From contig NC_043002.1 of assembly GCF_006345805.1 (NCBI RefSeq), positions 79,112,001-79,175,939 on the forward strand: 63,939 nt of DNA, in the 5' to 3' direction. The stretch comes from Octopus sinensis. Its lineage: Eukaryota. This document shows positions 1 through 12,500 of the stretch, one piece after another. Below the pieces are notes generated by a model. That model had not been told where the DNA came from, searched no databases, and worked only from the letters and a program-made list of their open reading frames with translations. The first letter of the stretch is position 1. Each line of letters opens with the position of its first letter. The position numbers were made by a program, and so were the translations under genes.

Positions 1-1035
1 TTTAAGTTGTGTCTCTGCACTTGAGTTGTGGGATCAAAGACTTCGCTTGGATTATGCACGGGACTGCGATACGAACAGAGAATGCGGCCTTCCACCTGTT
101 GAAACAAATGTGTCGGGGATAGAGTTTGCGATCATGCCTACGAAGACCTCTATCTGGCGCAGGGGTGACAATCTCCGCAAATGGTAGGCTTACATGTCCG
201 TTGAATATGTTGAAAGTCGGATGAGGTCTCCCTGCATCCTCCGTCGTTTGAGTGAAGGCAATGCCAACCGTCGGAGATGTTCCTCTTAGACAAGCCCGCG
301 CCCATTCGGGTGGCCAAGTGCTGAACCCATTCCAGGTGCTGAATGTCTTTCTGGAGATATGGGTTTGAGGTATGGATGTAATATTCGAGGATGGGTCGCA
401 CTAGAGTGATATATACAGGCCAAAAGACATACATTGAAAGGTTAGCAAAGGATCGTTGGATGAGGAAAAGATTCCTTCTGGCTTTGTTCGCCGCCTCGAT
501 ACCCTGCCGTGGTAGTTTGAAAGTAGTATCGATCATTATGCTGAGATCCTTTTCTTCACTGACCATCTTAAGATGCTGATGTTTCTGGCCAATTGTCAAG
601 GGAGAGTTTGGAGGTGAACCTATTGGCAAATGGCTGCATTTTGAGGCGTTCAAGTTCAGATTCCATTCTTCCGCCCAATTCCAAGCTCGGTTCAGCGACA
701 ATTGGAGTATGTCGTATTGATTCATAGGTGAAGCAAGTTTGACGTCATCTGCAAATAGGAGAACTCTTCCATCAAGAAAATCTGACAGGTCGTTGATATA
801 GAGAAGGAAAAGTATTGGCCCCAGCACCGACCCCTGGGGAACACCGCTGCATGCATTCGTCTCCGCTGAGAGATCACCATTTATCTGCACCCAAAAGGTT
901 CGATAGCTCAGGAAGGAAGAAATCCGCAAAGTCAACAATGGATGAATCTTGAATGCTCGAAGTTTGTGCAAGAGAAGTCAGTGATTAACGGAGTCAAATG
1001 CCTTTGCGAAGTCCAAAAATACCACGCCCACCAAG
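1..1035 (-). pseudogene. Non-LTR retrotransposon (CR1/Jockey-group LINE) ORF2 reverse-transcriptase fragment, degenerate; runs off the window edge
   Basis: ORF 150..971 has RT motifs GVPQGSVLGPILFLLYINDL and LFADD. Upstream (~985-1030) translates to VVFLDFAKAFDSVNH followed by an in-frame TGA. The frameshifted C-terminal part reads RGHDRKL...AAFSVRIA, typical of CR1-type ORF2 ends. Confidence 0.9.
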
Positions 1036-1039
1036 TCTT

Positions 1040-1500
1040 TTTCATCCATTCTTGTAATCTTGTAATTCTTGGTCCTTGTAATCCATCCTTCTTGAAGGAG
1101 AAGATTTGTTAGGCAAGATCTTCAGGGTAGAAATCCATGCTGCGAGTCGGATATTTTTTAGTACCATATAGAGATAATTGTATAATGCTTTGGTTGGAAA
1201 TAGCTGTGGGAATGACATGATCATTGTGAATAAAAACAAAGTCGAGTATGCTATTTTCCCCTAATTGGACAGGTAATAATTTGTTGTATGGGAAATTCTT
1301 TTGTTGTATCGAGGAAAGGGTTCATATCAACTTCAAAGAACTTGAGAGAGATGACAGACTGAGAGAAAACAAGAACCTTCACACATTTTCAGCATTGCAA
1401 GATTTTGAAGTTATTTTTGTCAGAACAGAGCTGTCTTCAAGAATCCAAGTAATGCTATGTATTGAAGAGTAGCCGTAGATGCTGGTCATATTGTTGTTCT
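1040..1500 (-). pseudogene. Possible degenerate AP-endonuclease C-terminal remnant of the same or another LINE
   Basis: Minus-strand translation ...GENSILDFVFIHND...ISNQSII resembles the APE 'LDLVF...SDH' end, with several stops. It would abut the RT directly, implying an internal deletion. Confidence 0.35.
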
Positions 1501-2542
1501 TGCTGTTTGCTGCCACTGTTGTTGTTGTCACATACTTTTTATTTTGACGCTACTTTGCTTCAGAAGTTGGTTAGTCATAAATTCCCTTGGGGATTTTAAG
1601 CCCAGCTTCATCACTTTTATTTATTTATTTTCGTTCTTTGTTTTTGCTTCTTATACAGATAATTTTTTAGACACTATTTTCTGAAACTGGTAAAATTATG
1701 TAGGGTGTGCAAATTTTGATCTTGCACCACCTGAAAATTCCAAAGGGTGCAGGTGCACCCACTGCACCCCCTGTTCCCGGGCCCTTGCCAACATCCCAAC
1801 ACCTCGGCCATCAGGAATTTTCCTTCCAGATCATGTCTTATCCACATGTGTTAACTTGCAAAATTCAACAGAAACATTGACGTCATCAGTTACAAGGGTC
1901 TAGAAGAACCGACAAAAGCCACAGGATCTGCCCTTTCCTCCAAACCACACAAATAAAATTATGATATGTCTTTAACAGCTATAAAAACAAAGCGCTTTCA
2001 TGTGGCCAATGACTAAGGGCGTTGCTCCATATATATATATATATATATATATGTACTTGCTTCTCGTTCACTGTGTGCATTGATAAATGCATCGCTTTAG
2101 AAAATTATCTTCGTCTATAACTCCATTAGCATCACATCTGACAAATACAGATACGTATATATCCGGTTACATTCATCAAAAGAAACCTCCATGTCATTAT
2201 GCAAACCTGACAACCGGAAAACAAAACCTCTAGCTTTGATTATTAAATTCATCTACACAGAAGCTTAACCTGCTGTCCGAATTATACATTTTTTTAAAAA
2301 TATGTTCACTGCTTTCAAAGCAGACGGTTGATTGTTTCAGGTTAAAAATTCAAGTCTGGTTCGTTGCAAATGGTGTGACAGATTGTAGACAATTTCATTT
2401 ATTAAAACGAATTGGTATGCAAGAGAAGAGTTCTGTTAAAGGCGATAAGGATCGTTCATAGATAGACACAGGTCTTCATCTAGATTTAAACGTGCGGATG
2501 AAGGCTCATTTCCTAATCTTTCTTTCATCGTTTCTTTTTATC

Positions 2543-2735
2543 ATTGTTTCAATTATTTGACTGCCGCCATGCTGGGGCATTGCCTTGAAGGGTTTTAATC
2601 GAACAAATCGACAATAGTACTATTTTTTAAAGTCTGGTGCTTATTCCATCGGTCTCGTTTGAAGAACTGCTAGGTTACGGTGACATAAACAAACTAACTA
2701 CGGTGGTCAAGCAGTAGTGGGAGACAAATAAAAAT
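2543..2735 (-). mobile_element. SINE 3' part (degenerate)
   Basis: Reverse complement of the GGCGGTGCTCCAGCATGGCC...TGACTGAAACAAG tail seen at 56600-56665 and 35307-35360. Confidence 0.7.
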
Positions 2736-2839
2736 ACAAAACTGAGACACACATAAATGTATGTACACGCACACGCACACACATAAATGTATGTACAAGC
2801 ATACACGCACGCATATGTCGGAATATCTTCCGGGTCAGA

Positions 2840-3080
2840 ATGTTCTGAGTTCAAATTCCGCCGAGGTCGATATTTGCCTTTAATCCTTTCGAGTTCGTTA
2901 AGATAAGTACCAGTTGAGTACTGGGGGTTGGTTTAGTCGACTCTTCTCTTCCCAAAATTACTGGCCTTATGTGGTCGATATTTGCCTTTAATCCTTTCGA
3001 GTTCGTTAAGATAAGTACCAGTTGAGTACTGGGGGTTGGTTTAGTCGACTCTTCTCTTCCCAAAATTACTGGCCTTATGT
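2840..3080 (+). mobile_element. SINE fragment with an internal ~105-bp tandem duplication
   Basis: GTTCAAATTCCGCCGAGGTCGA... is the same family as 30856. The segment GGTCGATATTTGCCTTTAATCC...GGCCTTATGTG occurs twice (from ~2866 and ~2973). Confidence 0.75.
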
Positions 3081-3149
3081 GAACAGTTGACAGTAACGAC
3101 ATGTTCGTCATAACGCTACGTAGATTAGCTAACTGACATTAATCTTTAT

Positions 3150-3219
3150 ATGCATATATATATATATATAATATATATATATATTATATATATAATATAT
3201 ATAAACACAGCATGCAAAG

Positions 3220-3312
<93 letters not shown>

Positions 3313-3348
3313 CATACATATTATATATATACATAGATGTATATATAT

Positions 3349-3413
<65 letters not shown>

Positions 3414-3522
3414 GCATGTATGTATGTATGTATGTATGTATATATGTATGTATGTATGTGTGTATATATGTATGTATGAATGTGTGTATATATGTATGTA
3501 TATATGTATGTATGTATGTGTC

Positions 3523-3553
<31 letters not shown>

Positions 3554-3560
3554 ATATATG
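3150..3560. repeat. (TA)n/(TATG)n microsatellite
   Basis: Seen directly; source of spurious YI/MYVC ORFs. Confidence 0.95.
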
Positions 3561-4171
3561 GAAATGGATAGTTTCCAGGCCCATGCGTAGCTACAGATAC
3601 AACCTTTTTGATCGTGCAGTAAAGAAGTTTGCATTGAGACTATATGATTTCCGGTTTTATCGTACTGTACAAGAACCTTGTTTTCCTTACACAACGTCGA
3701 GTCGATCATCGGCTTCTGTGTGAAATATAACTCACACAGTCTCTGTCTAAATCCATCGGTTGAATCCGTTGTTTCCTGCCTTATCTATCTACCTGACTTA
3801 AATCGATTCCCTGCTTAACACCCATACTCTCCTGCATACGTATTTCTTCTTTTATTTTATGAGAAGTAATGTAGGTGCACGCCAAAAGTACACTGAACTA
3901 TAATATCTCTCTACTGAATTAGGGCGAGGCAGTAAAATCACATAGAGTACAATTAAAGTAAACTTCACTTATATCTGAAACAATCAGAAAATGGATAAAG
4001 ATTACAGGAAAATGTGTCATACAGAAGCAAGTATGGAGTGTTAGCAAGGAGTGTAATAGTAATTGACAGATTTGTGAAAGGTGTTCTATCGGAATCAACT
4101 GATCTATTTATAACGACAGATGATTCTTAAACAAGGGCACACTATATAAGGACATATAATATATATATATA

Positions 4172-4309
<138 letters not shown>

Positions 4310-4660
4310 CGTAGAGTGGCACAGAAAAACCTAGAGATGAAGAAAGTAAAACGGATAGTAAAATAAGAAGTGACATTAAACATTAAGGTTAAAATGATTG
4401 AGTCCAGAATTTTTTTCCTCTTTCATTTTCTGTCTACCTGCATTTCTCTCTCTCTCCCTCTCTCTCTTTTGCTCTCTCTCTCTTTCACCCTCTCTCTCTC
4501 ACTCTCTTCCATCCTCTCGCTCCCACTTTCTCTCTTTCCCTCTCCCCTATACACATATACTGACAGAGGTGTGGTCATTAATTCTTCCATTCTATATATA
4601 TATATACATATGTATTTGTGGGTTTATATACATGCATATGTGCTTATGTATGGAGTACAT

Positions 4661-4718
<58 letters not shown>

Positions 4719-4732
4719 GTGTGTGTGTGTAT

Positions 4733-4908
4733 GTGGAGTCGCAATGGCCCCGTGATTAGGGCAGCGGACTCGCGATAGTATGATCGCGGTTTCGATTCCC
4801 AGACCGGGCGTTGTGAGAGTTTATTGATGAAAACACCTAAAGCTCCACACGATGTGGGCCAGCGATGTGTAGCAACATCTGATAGCCTGGTCGGTCACGG
4901 GGATCACG

Positions 4909-4912
<4 letters not shown>
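4733..4912 (+). mobile_element. tRNA-derived SINE head
   Basis: A-box-like TGGCCCCGTGATTAGG and B-box-like GTTTCGATTCC, followed by non-tRNA sequence. Confidence 0.65.
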
Positions 4913-4977
<65 letters not shown>

Positions 4978-4980
<3 letters not shown>

Positions 4981-5176
4981 TCTCCTAAACATCGCTTGAC
5001 AACCGATGCTGGTGTGTTTACGTCCCCGTAACTTAGCGATTCGACAATAGAGACCGATAGAATAAGTACTAGGCTTACGAAGAATAAGTCCTGGGGTCGA
5101 TTTGCTCGACTAAATGCTGTGCTCTAACATGGCCGCAATCAAATGATTGAAACAAGTAAAAGAGAGTAAAAGAGTA
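4978..5176 (+). mobile_element. SINE 3' half after a (TG)n linker
   Basis: CATCGCTTGACAACCGATGCTGGTGTGTTTACGTCCCCGTAACTTAG ... AAGTAAAAGAG tail; near-identical to 56475-56668. Confidence 0.85.
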
Positions 5177-5648
5177 ACCCGGAAAAGGATGAAAGCCAAA
5201 TCGACCTCGGCGAAATTTGAACTCTGAAGTGAAGCAAAAAGTAAAGACACTAAGTATTTTGTTCGCTGCGATAATGATTCAGCCATCTCACCACAGAATG
5301 TCGAGTAATAATCCCTTCTCCTAATGCCTGGATTTGTTTCTTTTTTCTTTTTGTAGGATTAGTCGACTACTTCAAACCTACTGTTTGACTGGTTCTTATT
5401 TTATCAACAGCAAAATGGATGACATGCAAAACCGAACTCGGCCAAATTTGAACTCTTCAGAAGCAAAGCCAGAAGAAATGTCGCTAAGTATTTGGTCCGG
5501 CATGCTAACAATTCTGCCAGCTCATCGCCGTATGTTGAGTTATAATCCTTTTACCTTTCTACCATAGACACAATGCTGGTAATTTTGCGGGGATGGGGAC
5601 TAGTCGATTACTTCGACCCCATTGCTCAACTGGTACTGAGTTTATCAA

Positions 5649-6100
<452 letters not shown>

Positions 6101-6649
6101 CAAACAGAAATGGAGATCAAACACTATGTAAAATGTGAATATGTGTAAATAATTTAAACATGTAAAGTAGTGAATTAAATATATGATGAGTGCGTAGAGT
6201 AAGGTAAAGTCACGTAACGGAAACAAAGGTCACATGATTGGCTGCATGTAGTCCAATGAATCATTAGGGGCGAGGGACTGAATTAACTGCTTATTTAAAT
6301 AACGATTTCTTACATAGACACAATGGTTAATGTTTATATATTAATAGAAGAGCGTAGATGATTTTGGGTGCGTTGGAATAATCAAGCAGTAATATTAGAA
6401 CTAACAGCAGCATTTATTGTGTATGCTGTGAAGAGACTGATATATTTAGAGATTCTAAATGATCTTTGCGTTAAGATCGTAAAGATATGTGTTGTAATCC
6501 GTGAAACAATAACCACAAGGTATATTAGTATTAACAATGGAACTTGATGGGGAATTGTGAAGTGTTGGCGAATAATGAAGTTTATTGTCTCTGACCCATT
6601 GCGATCATGGTACTTCAACAAATATACATACATGCATATATATGTATGT

Positions 6650-6687
<38 letters not shown>

Positions 6688-6706
6688 ATATATATATAAT
6701 ATAATA

Positions 6707-6746
<40 letters not shown>

Positions 6747-6803
6747 GTCTGTATGTATGTGTGTGCGTTATATATGTATATATATGTGTATGTATATGTA
6801 CGT

Positions 6804-6838
<35 letters not shown>

Positions 6839-7333
6839 GCGAGCTACTACTATATCATAATTGATACAGCCATTCTGTTTAAAAATCTAAAGCACCTTCG
6901 GAACCAGACAAGATTCTGAGACTAGCGAAAACAATAAATAACAAAGGCAAATAACATCCATATGTTTTTAAATCGCGAAAATATGATTCTACTTCATTTA
7001 CGATGCATTTTGGTTGCCAATCTCCACTCCCACCCCTACCCCACATTTCTCTCTCACTCACACACACACACACATCTCTCTCTCTCTTTCTCTCTCGCTC
7101 TTTCTCTCTCTCTCACTTTCTATCTTTATCTCTATCTCTCCCACTGAGCGCGAGGTATTGCATCGATAAGAGAAGGTGATGATCTGGAGACGATGACGTG
7201 CCTTAGAATTATTAAAGATAGGATAAAAATTTAATAACTACGTCTGTGAAACTTGTCACGGATGATTTCTGGCGTGCATATGGGGGTGGAATACACATGT
7301 GATTTAACAAGCATACGCTGAGGTTGGCATTAT

Positions 7334-7367
<34 letters not shown>

Positions 7368-8086
7368 GCTACTACTACTACTACTATTATTATCATTATT
7401 GTTGTTGTTGTTGTTGCTGTTGTTGTTGCTTTTTTGTTTCTTTTGTAACGCATCAGGAATTTCGTGAATTTGTATCACATAGACTTTCTCTTCTTCTGCT
7501 TGACGGGTCAGGGACTGGATCTCGTAAGAGATGATACCAGCTGTACTTTAACTGATACAGAGGACATTAATTGTTGAATTACGAGCAATGACATGCGTAG
7601 AACAGAGCTTTATTGGACAATAATTAATGACAGGATCGTCTGCTGCTTGCTCTGTGATAGCCTCATTTTCGTCACACATCAACAACCAATCGAAAAAATT
7701 AGGTCATATAATATGGATCTCGTTTGACTTGGCACAAGATAAATTTTGATAAATGTAGTAATATTCAGTTCATTGGCTACACTGAAGACTCTTCGCATAT
7801 ATTTAATTTATCGACTTCTGAGTAATAAAAGAGAAAGTCAAATACAATTTGATTGTTAGATAGAAGCTATGGTAAACTTTTTGTACTTGTCTAGTTCTAA
7901 TCCAGTTATGTTAGCAGAACAATAGACATGGCGAATATCTTTTGCTTATTTGAGTCACTGGAAAGACACAATACATAATTTTAAGTCTGGTAATTATCCT
8001 CTCGCCCTCTTTTGCTTTACTGCTAAGTTACAGATGCGTAAACTAATACCAGTGGTCAATGGGTTAACACGAATACAAAGACAAAT

Positions 8087-8134
<48 letters not shown>

Positions 8135-8166
8135 TATATATATATATACATACATACATACATACA

Positions 8167-8259
<93 letters not shown>

Positions 8260-8663
8260 TATATATATATTTTAATTGATTTGCTTTTCGCAGGAAGGAA
8301 GTTTTCTTCGAAGTATACGTCTCGCTTTTATCCTTCGAAACGTTTAGTAGATGAAACCTTAGCGACTGAAGAAGGGATTTTTCGTTGTGCTTATTGTCCT
8401 GTATCTTTTTTTTGCTTGTCTTGTTCCTTGGTTTGTGTCTATGTTTTTCGTCTCTCTATGTGTTCGACGTCTTTTTGGTGTCCTGTACACATATATGCGT
8501 GTATATGTACATGTAGAGGTAGGTACGTACATATATGTTTATATATATGCATATATTTTATTAACATATATATATATATATATACATACATACAAACATA
8601 TACATACGTACATACATGAATTTAACAGACAGAAAGGAATTCTTATGAAAGATCGTCGCATAT

Positions 8664-8698
<35 letters not shown>

Positions 8699-8730
8699 TA
8701 TAATATATATTATATATATATATACTATAT

Positions 8731-8764
<34 letters not shown>

Positions 8765-8906
8765 ATATATATTATATATACTATATATATATTGTGTGTA
8801 TATATATATACTCAGTACTGCTGTCGTAGTCTCCTTTAGAGATATTTAGAAGTAATAATATTTCTAATTTTGAAAACTAGTGGATGTGTTTCACTGAATG
8901 TATATA

Positions 8907-9043
8907 AACCTTCGAACAGACAATCAACAGCGACGCCAGCTGGGTTCGACTACTCCACATTGATAAAGGGCAAATACCCCGAAACTAGTCTGTGGGTGTC
9001 TGAACCAGCATGGGAATGCTGATGACCTCCCTGTTCGAAGGTT
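8907..9043 (+). ncRNA. Degenerate minimal type I hammerhead within a long hairpin (element ~8812-9165, flanked by (TA)n)
   Basis: Stem I CCACA(8955-59)/TGTGG(8991-95). Core TTGATAA has 2 transitions from CTGATGA. Stem II GGG/CCC, then GAAA, palindromic stem III ACTAGT and GTC triplet. Extended by GCTGGGTTC/GAACCAGC and AACCTTCGAACAG/CTGTTCGAAGGTT. Confidence 0.65.
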
Positions 9044-9165
9044 GTAATGAACACAGGTTTGTATGTCACATAGCTGGCTAGAGGCGATTGTCTCTTGAAG
9101 CTAATCAACGTCAGCATTCGTTCTATTTTCCTGGACTGTTATGTTAGCTCAGCAATAAGTATATT

Positions 9166-9234
<69 letters not shown>

Positions 9235-9267
9235 CATAAATAAATAAATAAATACATACATACATAC

Positions 9268-9470
9268 GACCGCGTGTGTACCGTTGGCGATTTTTTTCCT
9301 CTGTCTTCCCTTCTCTGGATCTTTCGTTTTCCTATGTTCCGACGAAGAGCTCCGCTCGAAACGTTTTGCCCTCCTTCTTTCTTTTTTCTTGAGCGTCCAA
9401 TAATACTATATTTGTTCCACGTCCTCGCGTTGTTGTGTTTTTTTTTGTGCTTTCTCGTTTGGATTAACTA
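9268..9470 (+). mobile_element. Short Penelope pLTR-like element with a minimal hammerhead motif (family also at 44196-44400)
   Basis: CCGACGA-A-GAGC-TCC-GCTC-GAAAC-GTT at 9339-9365; flanked by TA-rich microsatellites; homologous to the reverse complement of 44196-44400. Confidence 0.65.
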
Positions 9471-9524
<54 letters not shown>

Positions 9525-9529
<5 letters not shown>

Positions 9530-12500
9530 AAATCAAATTGCGATAGAATAAAAAATAATTATAATCGCTGGTATTACTAACACAAGCCATATATTTTTCA
9601 TATATCAGTACATTAAGGCGAAATATGTGCTAGGAATACAGAAGCTTGATAAATTAAGTGAATGAAGATAAAAACATTTACTAACCGGAAAATTCTCAGA
9701 CTGCAGTTTCTTTCTAATTCAGCAAACAGATAATTTATTTGCCCAGGGAGAATCATCAGTGAGACCCTGTTTTTCTGGGATCCTAACTCACTAGAAGCAT
9801 GTGCGTCTAGTGAGTTACTCTTCCTAACTAATCATATCACTGCGCAGACTCCGAACGTCCCGACAACACTAGGGAATTCTGGTATATCGCCTGGCGCTCA
9901 TAATTTATCGAGAAATATGTAAACAAATCAAATTGCGATAGAAAAAAAAATAATTATATCGCTGGTATTACTAACACAAGCCATATATTTTTCATATATC
10001 AGTACATTAAGGCGAAATATGTGCTAGGAATACAGAAGCTTGATAAATTAAGTGAAATGAAGATAAAAACATTTACTTACTAAAACCGGAAAATTCTCAG
10101 ACTGCAGTTTCTTTCTAATTCAGCAAACAAGATAATTTTTTGCCCAGGGAGAATTCATCAGTGAGACCCTGTTTTTCTGGGATCCTAACTCACTAGAAGC
10201 ATGTGCGTCTAGTGAGTTACTCTTCCTAACTAATCATATCACTGCGCAGACTCCGAACGTCCCGACAACACTAGGGAATTCTGGTATATCGCCTGGCGCT
10301 CATAATTTATCGAGAATATGTAAACAAATCAAATTGCGATAGAATAAAAAAATAATTATAATCGCTGGTATTACTAACACAAGCCATATATTTTTCATAT
10401 ATCAGTACATTAAGGCGAAATATGTGCTAGGAATACAGAAGCTTGATAAATTAAGTGAAATGAAGATAAAAACATTTACTAAACCGGAAAATTCTCAGAC
10501 TGCAGTTTCTTTCTAATTCAGCAAACAAGATAATTTATTTGCCAGGGAGAATTCATCAGTGAGACCCTGTTTTTCTGGGATCCTAACTCACTAGAAGCAT
10601 GTGCGTCTAGTGAGTTACTCTTCCTAACTAATCATATCACTGCGCAGACTCCGAACGTCCCGACAACACTAGGGAATTCTGGTATATCGCCTGGCGCTCA
10701 TAATTTATCGAGAAATATGTAAACAAATCAAATTGCGATAGAATAAAAAATAATTATAATCGCTGGTATTACTAACACAAGCCATATATTTTTCATATAT
10801 CAGTACATTAAGGCGAAATATGTGCTAGGAATACAGAAGCTTGATAAATTAAGTGAAATGAAGATAAAAACATTTACTAAACCGGAAAATTCTCAGACTG
10901 CAGTTTCTTTCTAATCAGCAAACAAGATAATTTATTTGCCAGGGAGAATTCATCAGTGAGACCTGTTTTTTCTGGGATCCTAACTCACTAGAAGCATGTG
11001 CGTCTAGTGAGTTACTCTTCCTAACTAATCATATCACTGCGCAGACTCCGAACGTCCCGACAACACTAGGGAATTCTGGTATATCGCCTGGCGCTCATAA
11101 TTATCGAGAAATATGTAAACAAATCAAATTGCGATAGAATAAAAAAATAATTATAATCGCTGGTATTACTAACACAAGCCATATATTTTTCATATATCAG
11201 TACATTAAGGCGAAATATGTGCTAGGAATACAGAAGCTTGATAAATTAAGTGAAATGAAGATAAAAACATTTACTAAACCGGAAAATTCTCAGACTGCAG
11301 TTTCTTTCTAATTCAGCAAACAAGATAATTTATTTGCCCAGGGAGAATTCATCAGTGAGACCCTGTTTTTCTGGGATCCTAACTCACTAGAAGCATGTGC
11401 GTCTAGTGAGTTACTCTTCCTAACTAATCATATCACTGCGCAGACTCCGAACGTCCCGACAACACTAGGGAATTCTGGTATATCGCCTGGCGCTCATAAT
11501 TTATCGAGAAATATGTAAACAAATCAAATTGCGATAGAATAAAAAAATAATATAATCGCTGGTATTACTAACACAAGCCATATATTTTTCATATATCAGT
11601 ACATTAAGGCGAAATATGTGCTAGGAATACAGAAGCTTGATAAATTAAGTGAAATGAAGATAAAAACATTTACTAAACCGGAAAATTCTCAGACTGCAGT
11701 TTCTTTCTAATTCAGCAAACAAGATAATTTATTTGCCCAGGGAGAATTCATCAGTGAGACCTGTTTTTTCTGGGATCCTAACTCACTAGAAGCATGTGCG
11801 TCTAGTGAGTTACTTCCTAACTAATCATATCACTGCGCAGACTCCGAACGTCCCGACAACACTAGGGAATTCTGGTATATCGCCTGGCGCTCATAATTAT
11901 CGAGAAATATGTAAACAAATCAAATTGCGATAGAATAAAAAATAATTATAATCGCTGGTATTACTAACACAAGCCATATATTTTTCATATATCAGTACAT
12001 TAAGGCGAAATATGTGCTAGGAATACAGAAGCTTGATAAATTAAGTGAAATGAAGATAAAAACATTTACTAAACCGGAAAATTCTCAGACTGCAGTTTCT
12101 TTCTAATTCAGCAAACAAGATAATTTATTTGCCCAGGGAGAATTCATCAGTGAGACCCTGTTTTTCTGGGATCCTAACTCACTAGAAGCATGTGCGTCTA
12201 GTGAGTTACTCTTCCTAACTAATCATATCACTGCGCAGACTCCGAACGTCCCGACAACACTAGGGAATTCTGGTATATCGCCTGGCGCTCATAATTTATC
12301 GAGAAATATGTAAACAAATCAAATTGCGATAGAATAAAAAAATAATTATAATCGCTGGTATTACTAACACAAGCCATATATTTTTCATATATCAGTACAT
12401 TAAGGCGAAATATGTGCTAGAATACAGAAGCTTGATAAATTAAGTGAAATGAAGATAAAAACATTTACTAAACCGGAAAAATCTCAGACTGCAGTTTCTT

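Noticed and set aside
1720-1790. GC-rich hairpin GGGTGCAG...CTGCACCC near GGGCCC
   Set aside because: Probably a DNA-transposon subterminal remnant, but no partner terminus or TSD found.
8300-8390. Hammerhead-like fragments (GTC-TCGCT...AGCGA-CTGAAGA; CGAAACGTT)
   Set aside because: Pieces are suggestive, but I could not assemble one consistent fold with an intact GAAA and stem II.
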